From Elusimicrobiota bacterium (GTDB lineage Bacteria > Elusimicrobiota > Elusimicrobia > Elusimicrobiales > UBA9959), in contig JBAXKK010000034.1 of NCBI GenBank assembly GCA_037137395.1, positions 1 through 24,437 on the forward strand: 24,437 bases of DNA, given 5' to 3'. Shown here in pieces: positions 1 through 8,198 of this stretch; positions within the stretch are counted from its first letter, which is position 1, and the number at the start of each line of letters is the position of its first letter. The notes under the pieces were generated by a model. The model saw only the letters and a list, made by a program, of their open reading frames with translations. It was not told the DNA's origin and did no database searches. The translations under genes and the position numbers were made by a program.

Positions 1-526
1 CCCGAAGCCAGGAGATCTTAAAGAGGAGCTGCAGGCCCGCGAATAATATGACGCCTGAGAAGAGCGCGGCGCCCAAAGAACCGAACATTTTTGCGAGCAC
101 CCCCTCCAGGGCGTAGCCAAGCCAGCCCCCGTCGAAGACTTCAGCGCCGAAGCGGGAGCCGAGGAGGTCAATTATCGAGGAGATGGACCCCAGCAGCATG
201 AAGGCGCCCAAGGTGAGGGTCATCACTCCCTTGTGCGGCTTATTGAGCTTGGTGAGGATGGCAACGAGTCCGTAGAGGAAAATGAAGGGAAAGAAGTATG
301 CTGTCTGGCCCAAAAATCCGACGAGCGCCGCTTTGACCGGGCCGCCTATCCAGGAGGCTTCGGCGGCGGAACTAAACACCAGCCAGATCAGCCAGATACT
401 GAAGGAAAAAGACAGCAGCCAGTATATTACGTAGGAAAGGCCGCCCGGTTTCTTCTTCCCTGGCGCCGCAAACCTGTTTTTGACGAACCCCCGTTCTTTT
501 GGCCCGGTCTTATTGATTTCCGACAT
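1..526 (-). CDS. ftsK: DNA translocase FtsK/SpoIIIE, N-terminal membrane domain (5' part only; runs off the window)
   Basis: Not in the ORF track. My translation from ATG at 526 gives an open frame to the window edge: MSEINKTGPKERG...YVIYWLLSFSFSIWLIWLVF...WIGGPVKAALVGFLGQTAYFFPFIFLYG...GGWLGYALEGVLAKMFGSLGAALFSGVILFAGL. A basic N-terminus, four hydrophobic segments and the GGxLG...FGxxGA pattern are typical of the FtsK 4TM region. The motor domain is outside the window. Confidence 0.75.
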   Translation of the reverse strand, partial: MSEINKTGPKERGFVKNRFAAPGKKKPGGLSYVIYWLLSFSFSIWLIWLVFSSAAEASWIGGPVKAALVGFLGQTAYFFPFIFLYGLVAILTKLNKPHKGVMTLTLGAFMLLGSISSIIDLLGSRFGAEVFDGGWLGYALEGVLAKMFGSLGAALFSGVILFAGLQLLFKISWLR

Positions 527-624
527 AAAATAATCTTTGCTCCCAAAGGCCGTCTGATAGTCATAGCCCTTGATACGGCGGCTGCGCAAGTATTGGGCGG
601 GGCGAAGTTGCGAAATGGTGTGAT

Positions 625-849
625 CTATTGCCCCGAAACGAGTTTTATTTTAAAGTTGAGGTCCTGCGGATACATATTGATTTTGCCCTGAGCGGCAAGC
701 CAGCCCAGCGCCAGGTAAAGAGCGGAACTGGAAAGATGAAGCTTTAGTTTGATATCCCACGAAGTTATTTCCACTCCGCCTTTAAGAAGCTCCGCTACCT
801 TGTCGGCGGTTTGGGCTATCGTATCCGTGAATTTAGCAGTTTCGTTCAT
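625..849 (-). CDS. Small winged helix-turn-helix protein (DUF2582-like), 74 aa
   Basis: TIAQTADKVAELL...ALYLALGWLAAQGKI resembles the DUF2582 pattern (…LAiGWLaregKI). The start is better placed at ATG 849: SD-like AGAGG upstream and a TAATG overlap with the accB stop. The ORF-track start at 930 lies inside accB. Confidence 0.75.
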   Translation of the reverse strand: MNETAKFTDTIAQTADKVAELLKGGVEITSWDIKLKLHLSSSALYLALGWLAAQGKINMYPQDLNFKIKLVSGQ

Positions 850-1346
850 TATTTCCTCTTTATGAGGAACAGATTTTGGTTGGGCTCTACGGGCTTGCCA
901 TTTTCGGAGAGCACTTTTTCGATTATGCAATCCTGTTCGGCCTTAAGTTCATTGAATACTTTCATGGCTTCAAGAACGCATATAACCTGGCCTTCTTTCA
1001 CGGCGTCTCCTTCTCTTACGTAGGGAGGGCTTGACGGGCTGGGCGCACGGTAAAATATGCCGGACATCGGGGCTTTGATCGTTTCCCCTTCAGGGGTCTG
1101 CGGAGCTGCCGGGGCGGCGGGTCCGTGCTTAGGGGCGCCTGCTGTATGGACGGGCGCATGGGCCGCGAAAATTGGTATGGGTTGCACTGTCTGATTGTGC
1201 TTGCGCACCAGTTTGATGTAGGTCGCGTCTTTGGAGAACTCGACGACTTCTAATTTATTTGCGTTCATGAACTGGTAGAATTTTTGAACCTGTTCGAAAG
1301 CGGTATCAAGTTTTTTAGGGCTGGTTTCAGGGGTGTTTTTTTTCAT
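849..1346 (-). CDS. accB: Acetyl-CoA carboxylase biotin carboxyl carrier protein
   Basis: Ala/Pro-rich linker followed by a biotinyl domain (IKAPMSGIFYRAPSP...ICVLEAMKVFNE) with the EAMK biotinylation motif. Confidence 0.95.
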   Translation of the reverse strand: MKKNTPETSPKKLDTAFEQVQKFYQFMNANKLEVVEFSKDATYIKLVRKHNQTVQPIPIFAAHAPVHTAGAPKHGPAAPAAPQTPEGETIKAPMSGIFYRAPSPSSPPYVREGDAVKEGQVICVLEAMKVFNELKAEQDCIIEKVLSENGKPVEPNQNLFLIKRK

Positions 1347-1379
1347 AAGGTCCTGGTGTCCTCCTCTAAGATCCGGGTT

Positions 1380-1424
1380 AAGCCCCCCGGGGGTCCCTTC
1401 GAGCTTGAAGGGACCCCGGGGCTT
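1380..1424. other. GC-rich stem-loop between pnp and accB
   Basis: AAGCCCCCCGGGGGTCCCTTC-GAGCTT-GAAGGGACCCCGGGGCTT is an imperfect ~18-bp inverted repeat. No U-tract follows it on the minus strand. Confidence 0.65.
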
Positions 1425-1431
1425 GATGGGC

Positions 1432-3555
1432 TTATTTTACCGGGCGTCCGCCTTGCAGCAGGACTTTTCTGGAGAGTCTGATCTTACCGTTGCTATCCAT
1501 GTCAAGGACCTTGACCTGGACTTCTTCGCCCATCTTCAGAACATCTTCCACATGCTGTATGCGCTGTGTGTCGATCTCGGAGATGTGCAGCAGGCCCTCT
1601 TTGCCGGGAAGGATCTCGACGAACGCGCCGAATTCCTTGATGCCGGTCACTTTACCGGTATAGACGGCGCCTATTTCCACTTCCATGGTGTAATAGCCCA
1701 CCATCGTTTTGGCAGCCTCGAGGCTTGCCCGGTCGGTGCAGGAGATGAATATCGAGCCGTCGTCGTCAACTTCTATATCGGCGCCGGTCTTCTCGATGAT
1801 ACCGCGGATGTTCTTTCCGCCCGGCCCTATGAACTGGCCGATTTTTTCTTTAGCGATATGCATCTTGGCTATGCCGGGTGCGTATTTGGAGATGTCGGTT
1901 CTCGGGGCGGGCATATACTCTTCCATGAGGTTCAGTATGTGGTTCCTACCCGCGGTCGCCTGTTCTATAGCTTCGGCAAGTATGTTCAGCGGTATGCCGG
2001 TGGCTAACTTCACATCCATCTGGAAAGCTGTTACGCCTTTCCTGGTGCCGGTCAGCTTGAAGTCCATGTCGCCGAAGTGATCTTCGAATCCCGAGATGTC
2101 GGAGATTACAGCGTGCTTTGAGCCGTCGGTGATGAGTCCCATGGCTATGCCTGAGCAGGCGGCTTTCATCGGCACGCCCGCGTCGAACATCGCCAGCGAG
2201 CCGCCGCAGACGGAGGCCATGGACGAAGAGCCGTTGGACTCCAGGATATCGGAAACGATCCTGATAGTGTACGGGAATAAGTCTTCTGAGGGCAGCAGCG
2301 GCGTCAGCGCGCGTTTGGCGAGCGCGCCGTGGCCTATCTCTCTTCTGCCGGGTCCCCTGTCGGGGCGGACTTCGCCGGTGGAATAGCCGGGGAAGTTGTA
2401 ATGAAGCATGAATTTATCCAGGGAGCGGCCTTCCAGGTCGTCCAGGATCTGCTTGTCGGCCGGGGTGCCGAGGGTCACTGTCGCCATGGTCTGGGTCTGG
2501 CCCCTGGTGAACACGGCTGAGCCGTGAGTCCTGGGAAGGAAGCCGGCCTGCATGGTGATATTGCGAATCTCGTCGGTTTTCCTGCCGTCGGCGCGAAGTC
2601 TTTTTTCCAGTATCTGCGCCCTTGAAAGGGTGAAGATGATCTCTTCCATCAGGGTCTTTACCTGGAAGGAAACGGTTTTTTCTTCGGGGAATTTCTCAGC
2701 CATCTCTTTTATGAGACCGTCTTTGACCTCGGAAATGGTGCTTTCAAGAACTTCCTTGGAAGGGAAGGAAGAGAGCAGCTTTTCAATAGCCGGCTTGCCT
2801 TTGGCTTCAACGGCGGCTTTGATCTCCGGTTTTATCACTGGCATCGGCACAAGGGTTTTGGGCTTGCCGCAGGCTTCGCGGAGCTTTATCTGCAGATTGC
2901 AGAGCTTGTCAATTTCCGGCTTGCAAAGTTCCATGGCGGCGATGAGATCTGTATTGGGGATCTCTTTGCCCCCGCCTTCGCACATTAATATGCCTTTGAG
3001 AGTGCCGGAGATAACGAGCTCAAGCTCGGCTCCCTGACGCTGCTCAAAAGTCGGGTTGAGGATGAATTTACCTTCTATCTTCCCTACTCTGGCGGCGGCC
3101 ACGGGGCCGTTGAACGGTATGTCTGATATCATCACGGCCGCGGCCGCGGCGTTTATGGCCAGCACATCAGAGTCATTCTGACCGTCGCTGGAGATGACAA
3201 GGGAAACCACCTGAGTTTCGGTGTTGAAATATTCCGGGAACAGCGGCCTTAAAGTGCGGTCCGAAAGTCGGGACGCCAGTACTTCTTTCTCGCGGGCTTT
3301 CCCCTCTCTTTTAAAGAAGCCGCCGGGGATCTTGCCGGCCGCGTAGGTCCTTTCTTTGTAATCCACGGAAAGGGGTACGAATTCCGGCGGATTATCCTTG
3401 GGCTTTTTGGCCTGCACGCAGGAGGCCAGCACCACAGTCTCGCCGCAGCGGGCCATTACTGAGCCGCCGGCCTGCTTGGCCAGAAGCCCGGTTTCGAACG
3501 AAATTATCTTATCTCCGACCTTTTCTTCAAGGCGGACTATTTTGGGTTCGGTCAT
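1432..3555 (-). CDS. pnp: Polyribonucleotide nucleotidyltransferase (PNPase)
   Basis: Motifs [40 protein letters not shown] and [12 protein letters not shown] domain (IGPGGKNIR); C-terminal S1 domain; directly downstream of rpsO. Confidence 0.99.
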   Translation of the reverse strand: MTEPKIVRLEEKVGDKIISFETGLLAKQAGGSVMARCGETVVLASCVQAKKPKDNPPEFVPLSVDYKERTYAAGKIPGGFFKREGKAREKEVLASRLSDRTLRPLFPEYFNTETQVVSLVISSDGQNDSDVLAINAAAAAVMISDIPFNGPVAAARVGKIEGKFILNPTFEQRQGAELELVISGTLKGILMCEGGGKEIPNTDLIAAMELCKPEIDKLCNLQIKLREACGKPKTLVPMPVIKPEIKAAVEAKGKPAIEKLLSSFPSKEVLESTISEVKDGLIKEMAEKFPEEKTVSFQVKTLMEEIIFTLSRAQILEKRLRADGRKTDEIRNITMQAGFLPRTHGSAVFTRGQTQTMATVTLGTPADKQILDDLEGRSLDKFMLHYNFPGYSTGEVRPDRGPGRREIGHGALAKRALTPLLPSEDLFPYTIRIVSDILESNGSSSMASVCGGSLAMFDAGVPMKAACSGIAMGLITDGSKHAVISDISGFEDHFGDMDFKLTGTRKGVTAFQMDVKLATGIPLNILAEAIEQATAGRNHILNLMEEYMPAPRTDISKYAPGIAKMHIAKEKIGQFIGPGGKNIRGIIEKTGADIEVDDDGSIFISCTDRASLEAAKTMVGYYTMEVEIGAVYTGKVTGIKEFGAFVEILPGKEGLLHISEIDTQRIQHVEDVLKMGEEVQVKVLDMDSNGKIRLSRKVLLQGGRPVK

Positions 3556-3560
3556 TGTTA

Positions 3561-3830
3561 TTATTTCCTTAAGCCTAATTGCTTGATTACTTTTTTGTAC
3601 TCTTCACGGTTGACCCTTTCGAGGTAAGTGAGAAAGTGTTTTCTCTTGTTAACGAGAATGGAAAGGCCGCGCTTGGTGGCATGGTCTTTGGGGTTGGTGG
3701 TGATATGTTTGGCCAGATACTGGATCCTTTCGGTCAGCAGGGCGACCTGCACGGATGAGGAGCCTGTATTGACGGGGTTAGCGGAGAATTTTTCCACTAT
3801 TTCTTTGGTTTTCTGTTTGGTTGTTGGCAT
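3561..3830 (-). CDS. rpsO: 30S ribosomal protein S15
   Basis: 89 aa with NTGSSSVQVALLTERI...KDHATKRGL...LGLRK; canonical rpsO-pnp order. Confidence 0.98.
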   Translation of the reverse strand: MPTTKQKTKEIVEKFSANPVNTGSSSVQVALLTERIQYLAKHITTNPKDHATKRGLSILVNKRKHFLTYLERVNREEYKKVIKQLGLRK

Positions 3831-3868
3831 TATTTAGTCTCTCTTATTAAGATTTTTATCTTGAGACT

Positions 3869-3897
3869 ATTATAGGAATTCTCGCGGTTTAAGTCAA
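3869..3897 (-). promoter_or_regulatory. Sigma70-type promoter of the rpsO-pnp operon
   Basis: Minus strand reads TTGACT (3897-3892), a 17-nt spacer, then TATAAT (3874-3869), about 40 nt upstream of the rpsO ATG. Confidence 0.85.
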
Positions 3898-3986
3898 CAC
3901 GACCGCGGGCCGGTAAAGCGCCCCGGACCTGTATCAGGCGGATGTATAGTGATTTAAAGACGGCGGCCAGGATGCGCCGCGGCTGT

Positions 3987-6575
3987 CTACCCCCCGTGCT
4001 TTTTGGAAAATATATTCTTCAGCCGCATTATCAATATTTCTTTCTTAACCGGCTTGCGTATATAATCAAGGGCGCCAAGCGCGAGGCCGCGCTCTTCTGA
4101 TTCGGCGGCCTCGTGGGAGGTGAAGAACACCACGTCCACTTTTATGTTTTTCTGATTAAGCATCTCAAGAAGGCGCAGCCCGTCCAGGTTTGGCATGTCT
4201 ATATCGGAAAGCACAAGGTCAAACTTTTCGCTCCCAAGGCGAATAATGGCCTCTATTCCGTCTTTCACCGTTGTTACACTGTAGCCCGCTTCCGCTATTG
4301 CCTTTTCAGCGAAGACAAGCAGATCGGGGTCGTCATCCACGACAAGTATTTTTTTCGGCTTCGCAGCCTGAAGCGGTTCTTGGGCCGGGTTATGTTCCGC
4401 GCTGGTCTCCGTTTCCTGGGCGGGGGCTGCCGCGGGCCCGGTCTCAGCAGGCACGAGCAGATTTTCGTCCTCAGGGACAGCCACCGGAGCCGCTCCGAGG
4501 TCCTCGGCTAGGACTTTTTCGTAGGCGTCGCGGAACGAGATATAGCCATCGGCCACCTTAGCCAGGGCGGCGTCGGTGATAAGGGTCACATTGCCGCGCC
4601 GCAGGGATTCCCGTATAGCGGAAACGGAAGTGCCTGAACGTATCATCTCGGCTACTTCCGTGGTTATGGATATTATCTCATAAACGGCTTCCCGGCCATT
4701 ATATCCGGTATTCTTGCAGGCGGGGCAGCCAACCGGATGTCCCGTCTGGCGCGGAGCGGGGCGGCTGAATCTGTCAAAAACATGCCGGATTTCTTCATCC
4801 GCGGGCTTCATCGCCCTGCATTTAGGGCAAAGGCGCTTGATGAGGCGCTGGGAAACGATTGCCAGCATTGTGTCGGCGATCTGCGACCGCGTCACACCCA
4901 GGCGCTCCAGGCGGAAAACCGCCGTGGTGGCGTTGGAGGTGTGCATGGTGCTTACGGTAAGGTGGCCCGTGCTTGAAAAATCCAGCGCTATCTGGGCCGA
5001 AACTTTGTCGCGGACCTCGCCCAAAAAAAGTATATCGGGGTCCTGGCGCACGGAGGATTTAAGCAGCGCGTCAAATGTGACGCCTGATTTATCGTTTACC
5101 TGCTGCTGGTTGGCGTGGGGGATGCGGAATTCTATGGGATCCTCTACGGATATAAGGCTGCGCCGCTGGCAGTCCATGTTTGAAAGGAAGCTGTAAATGG
5201 TCGTGGTTTTACCGGAGCCGCTGGGACCGGCTAAAATCAGCATGCCCTGGGTCTTGGACGAAAGGAGCAGCATAGTTTCCGACTGGGCCTTGTCCATTCC
5301 CAGCTCACGCAGGGTCTTTGGTTTGGCCTGGGGTTCAATCAGGCGTAGGACCATGCTCTCCCCGTAGTTCGTGGAGGTTGTGGCCAGGCGCAGGGTGAAC
5401 CTCCTTTCGCCCAGCGCGGCGACAAAAGCTCCGTCCTGCGGGCGCCGCCTTTCCGTTATATCCATGCCGGCCAGAACTTTAAGGCGCGTGACCGCCATAA
5501 CCGCGGTGGTTGTTTTGAGCCTGGTGAATTCCTTAAGGTCGCCGTCTATTCTGAAGCGTATCGAGGTGAAAAGTTCCTTGGGCTCCATATGTATGTCGCT
5601 GGCCCGCTCCTGTATGGCCGCCTCTATCAATTTGGAAGTTATATATTTGACAGGGCTTTCTTCAACCTGCTCGCCCAGGGTCTTTTTTTCGGTTAAAGTG
5701 GAGACCTCTTCAGTTTCCACGGAGAGGCCTTGCTCATCTTCATCTCCCCCCCCCGGATCCTGCGTGAGATGGTAAAGGTTGGATATGGAATCCGGATCCG
5801 CGACGGCGAGCGAATATGGCTCCTGTATCATGCGCCCGAGCAAGTCCACAAGCTCAAAGTCAAAGGGGTTAGAAAGCACCACAAGCAAGCCTTTCTCATC
5901 CTCAGCCAGAGCTACGATATTCCTGCCCCTCATGAACTTTGCGGGAAGCACGCCCAGCTTAATATTGTCGGGATTGATTATAGGTATGAACGGCAGGTTT
6001 AAGAACCCGGCTATGGTTTTAGCGGCCTCGGATCTGGAAAATTTAAGCTGCCCCAGCACGGCGTAGACGTCGGCATGGGACATTCTTTTTACCGCCTCAG
6101 GATTTATCTCGCCCGGCCCTCCCGGAGCAAGCAGCGACTGCCTGAAAGTAGTTATGGATCCGGTATTTACGGCGCGCGGTTGAGGCGCGGGGGGCGTTGC
6201 CCAATGGAGGCTCTTTGCAATGTGGCCGCTGATTAGAGGGATAAGCTGCGCTCCCTTGAAAGGTTTGGAGACAAAATCCACGGCGCCGAGCGACAGCGCT
6301 TTCATCTTATCGGAGTATTGATTTAAAGCGGTAAGAAAAATAATCGGCAGCTCTGAAGTCTCGGGCTGCCTTCGCAGCGCGGCGCAGACGTCGTAACCGC
6401 TCAGTGCCGGCATCATTATATCCAGCAGTATCAGGTCCGGCTTCACCCTGACGGCGCAGGCGACGGCGTCCTTCGGATCGGAGAGCGTAGTCACCTGGAA
6501 CCCGGCGTTGGAAAGAGTGACGCTCAGCAGCTCCAGTATATCCCGATCGTCGTCTATGCAGAGCACTTTATTCAT
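3987..6575 (-). CDS. PilB/GspE-family secretion/pilus assembly ATPase with N- and C-terminal response-regulator receiver domains
   Basis: REC1 (CIDDD...LLDIMMP...FLTA...SKPF). T2SSE N-domain-like segment. ASDIHMEP...RFRIDG...PQDG. Walker A GPSGSGKTT, Asp box SVEDPIE, Walker B ILFLGEVRD, His box TGHLTVSTMHT, Zn motif CPKC...CPAC..TGYNGR. REC2 (VVDDD...LSDIDMP...FFTS...RKPV). Confidence 0.93.
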   Translation of the reverse strand: MNKVLCIDDDRDILELLSVTLSNAGFQVTTLSDPKDAVACAVRVKPDLILLDIMMPALSGYDVCAALRRQPETSELPIIFLTALNQYSDKMKALSLGAVDFVSKPFKGAQLIPLISGHIAKSLHWATPPAPQPRAVNTGSITTFRQSLLAPGGPGEINPEAVKRMSHADVYAVLGQLKFSRSEAAKTIAGFLNLPFIPIINPDNIKLGVLPAKFMRGRNIVALAEDEKGLLVVLSNPFDFELVDLLGRMIQEPYSLAVADPDSISNLYHLTQDPGGGDEDEQGLSVETEEVSTLTEKKTLGEQVEESPVKYITSKLIEAAIQERASDIHMEPKELFTSIRFRIDGDLKEFTRLKTTTAVMAVTRLKVLAGMDITERRRPQDGAFVAALGERRFTLRLATTSTNYGESMVLRLIEPQAKPKTLRELGMDKAQSETMLLLSSKTQGMLILAGPSGSGKTTTIYSFLSNMDCQRRSLISVEDPIEFRIPHANQQQVNDKSGVTFDALLKSSVRQDPDILFLGEVRDKVSAQIALDFSSTGHLTVSTMHTSNATTAVFRLERLGVTRSQIADTMLAIVSQRLIKRLCPKCRAMKPADEEIRHVFDRFSRPAPRQTGHPVGCPACKNTGYNGREAVYEIISITTEVAEMIRSGTSVSAIRESLRRGNVTLITDAALAKVADGYISFRDAYEKVLAEDLGAAPVAVPEDENLLVPAETGPAAAPAQETETSAEHNPAQEPLQAAKPKKILVVDDDPDLLVFAEKAIAEAGYSVTTVKDGIEAIIRLGSEKFDLVLSDIDMPNLDGLRLLEMLNQKNIKVDVVFFTSHEAAESEERGLALGALDYIRKPVKKEILIMRLKNIFSKKHGG

Positions 6576-6867
6576 AAATTATTTCCAGATTTTCAATATA
6601 GTCCGTAAGCTCGGAGAGGCGTTCGGCAATTCCCGCCGCGTCGCCCGCCGCGGACATGATCTCAACTTGTTTCCCTAATTCTGAAATCCGGTCAAAGCCA
6701 TAGCCGCCGCCGGAGCCGGCAAGTTTATGCCCGGATTTCCGTAAAGATTCCAGATCCCCGGCCGCGTGAAAAGCAAAAAGTTCAGGTAGCTCCCTGCGCC
6801 TTGCTTCAAGATAGCCTGGCACGATATCCCGCAAATCCTTGTCTATGGAAACCTTGTGCTTCGCCAT
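6568..6867 (-). CDS. Stand-alone Hpt (histidine phosphotransfer) protein
   Basis: 99-aa helical protein with the Hpt signature LRKSGHKLAGSGGGYGFDRISELGKQVE (His47). SD GAGGT upstream. Its stop overlaps the ATPase start by 8 bp (ATGAATAA). Confidence 0.9.
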   Translation of the reverse strand: MAKHKVSIDKDLRDIVPGYLEARRRELPELFAFHAAGDLESLRKSGHKLAGSGGGYGFDRISELGKQVEIMSAAGDAAGIAERLSELTDYIENLEIIYE

Positions 6868-6920
6868 AATTACCTCTGATATAAACGCGTCGCAAAAAAC
6901 TGTTTTTATGAGCGGCTTAT

Positions 6921-6951
6921 TGTATTATAATGTATTATACATAAAACTCAA
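6921..6951. promoter_or_regulatory. Divergent promoter region: overlapping -10 hexamers and a TGTATTATA direct repeat
   Basis: TGTATTATA occurs at 6921 and 6931 (10-bp period). ATTATAAT (6924-6931) gives TATAAT on both strands. The minus strand has TTGAGT (6951-6946)-N16-TATAAT. Confidence 0.55.
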
Positions 6952-6969
6952 AACAAGGAAGGCTATGTA

Positions 6970-7437
6970 ATGCAGAAAAAGACCGGCTCTGATCCCACAA
7001 AACAAGGCGACGACTTTGCCTCCCAGATACGCGGCGCGGAGGTCTCTATCTCCCGCGTCAAAGAAGCCCAAATTAAAGCCGAGGCCGCGAAAAAGCCCCA
7101 TTTCAAGTGGCGAAACATTATTTACACAGCGCTTATTTTCGCTTCTTTCCTGACGATATATCGTAATCTTCCGGAGTTCTTAGCCATAAGTTTTACGCAG
7201 AAGCCGCTCCGCGCCGGGTCTTATGTTACGGATGATAAAACCGACCTCTGCCTGTCTAATCTCTGGGCTGTCGCGGCCGCCATGCGCTCAGGAGTTAAAG
7301 CGCCAGTTCGGGTCTGTCCCGCTTCAGGCGCGCCCTATGTCGTCACAAAAAACTCCGTCTTCTGCCCTAATCCCGGCCTGCACGGCGCTGCTAAACTTTA
7401 TGCCGACAAAAAAAATGTCATCCCGTTTCTGGAGTAA
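6970..7437 (+). CDS. Single-TM membrane protein with a pilin-like Cys3His C-terminal module
   Basis: SD AAGGAAGG. Charged N-terminus, then TM segment IIYTALIFASFLTIY, then CLSNLWAVAAAM...CPASGAPY...CPNPGLHG. No G|FxxxE cleavage site. Confidence 0.75.
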   Translation: MQKKTGSDPTKQGDDFASQIRGAEVSISRVKEAQIKAEAAKKPHFKWRNIIYTALIFASFLTIYRNLPEFLAISFTQKPLRAGSYVTDDKTDLCLSNLWAVAAAMRSGVKAPVRVCPASGAPYVVTKNSVFCPNPGLHGAAKLYADKKNVIPFLE

Positions 7438-8143
7438 TCGGACAGGATTTACCCTGCTTGAAGTGATGGTGGTGGTGGCGGTGCTGGGCGCGGTGACAGT
7501 GATAGCGTCGCCAAAAATAGCCGGATTTTTTGTAAAGACAAAGTCCACGCAGTGCGGTGTAACCCGGGCTATTGTTGAGCGGGCCGAAGAGCGCTACCGC
7601 TTTGAGCACAGCGGTCTGCCCAGCGCGTCACTGGACGAGCTCAGGCAGACCCTGTATATCGACCGTGTCCCCAAATGCTCGGCTGGCGGGCAATATATCT
7701 GGATAAGTACCGCCAACCCGGTCAGCATGGGCTGCTCGGTGCATAACTGGCCCTATACCCCGGCCCCGCCTTTGACTCCGCTCGGCTCAACATTTTCCGA
7801 AATAACCGGGAATTTAGTATCCCTCACGCAAAGTTTTTTTGACGCCGCCGGGAAATGGCCCAGGAGTTTCGGCGATTATCGTTACACGGATATCGGGCTT
7901 GATCCGGCGGATTGGTCCGGCGTAGCTTATGACGGGGTGGTTTATGGCGCCGGCGGAAACAGAATTTCAATTAAGTCCGGCAGCGGATGGCAGATATCTG
8001 TTACGGGTTTAGATGGTGTTAACAGGGTTTTAAACCCCAGTTGGAATATCTGGTATGATATGGCTACCGCCCAATGGTATTATCACGATATAACGCCGTC
8101 TGAAAAGATAGACATCGGCACCCTGAAGGTGAAGCAATTGTAA
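7415..8143 (+). CDS. Type IV prepilin 1 (constant module plus a second pilin-like/unknown C-terminal domain)
   Basis: Class III signal MSSRFWSNRTG|FTLLEVMVVVAVLGAVTVIASP with E5 and P22. The start is reassigned from 7223 to 7415 (7400 is an alternative) because the longer ORF overlaps the upstream gene heavily. Confidence 0.88.
   Translation: MSSRFWSNRTGFTLLEVMVVVAVLGAVTVIASPKIAGFFVKTKSTQCGVTRAIVERAEERYRFEHSGLPSASLDELRQTLYIDRVPKCSAGGQYIWISTANPVSMGCSVHNWPYTPAPPLTPLGSTFSEITGNLVSLTQSFFDAAGKWPRSFGDYRYTDIGLDPADWSGVAYDGVVYGAGGNRISIKSGSGWQISVTGLDGVNRVLNPSWNIWYDMATAQWYYHDITPSEKIDIGTLKVKQL
7451..7752 (+). repeat. Pilin constant-module repeat, copy 1 (302 bp)
   Basis: By manual comparison identical to 8238-8539 (offset 787). 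Confidence 0.92.
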
Positions 8144-8198
8144 CTTTATAAAGCGCGAAGCGCCTGCGCGTCACGCGCATCCGCAACTTGTAAAATAT

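Noticed and set aside
233..691. 152-aa plus-strand ORF
   Set aside because: Antisense to the FtsK-like frame and the wHTH gene; no recognisable motifs.
1284..3837. Several plus-strand ORFs opposite pnp/rpsO (and similar ones opposite the kinases, uup and the large gene)
   Set aside because: Shadow ORFs expected from codon bias on the coding strand; no domains or RBS support.
7223..7414. 64-aa N-terminal extension of pilin 1 in the ORF track
   Set aside because: It overlaps the upstream gene in another frame; the other two pilins have short 12-13 aa leaders.
7408..7415. A8 run at the junction of the 6970 gene and pilin 1 as a phase-variation or frameshift site
   Set aside because: Short run; comparable A/T runs occur in housekeeping genes here (e.g. 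accB 5' end), and both ORFs look complete.
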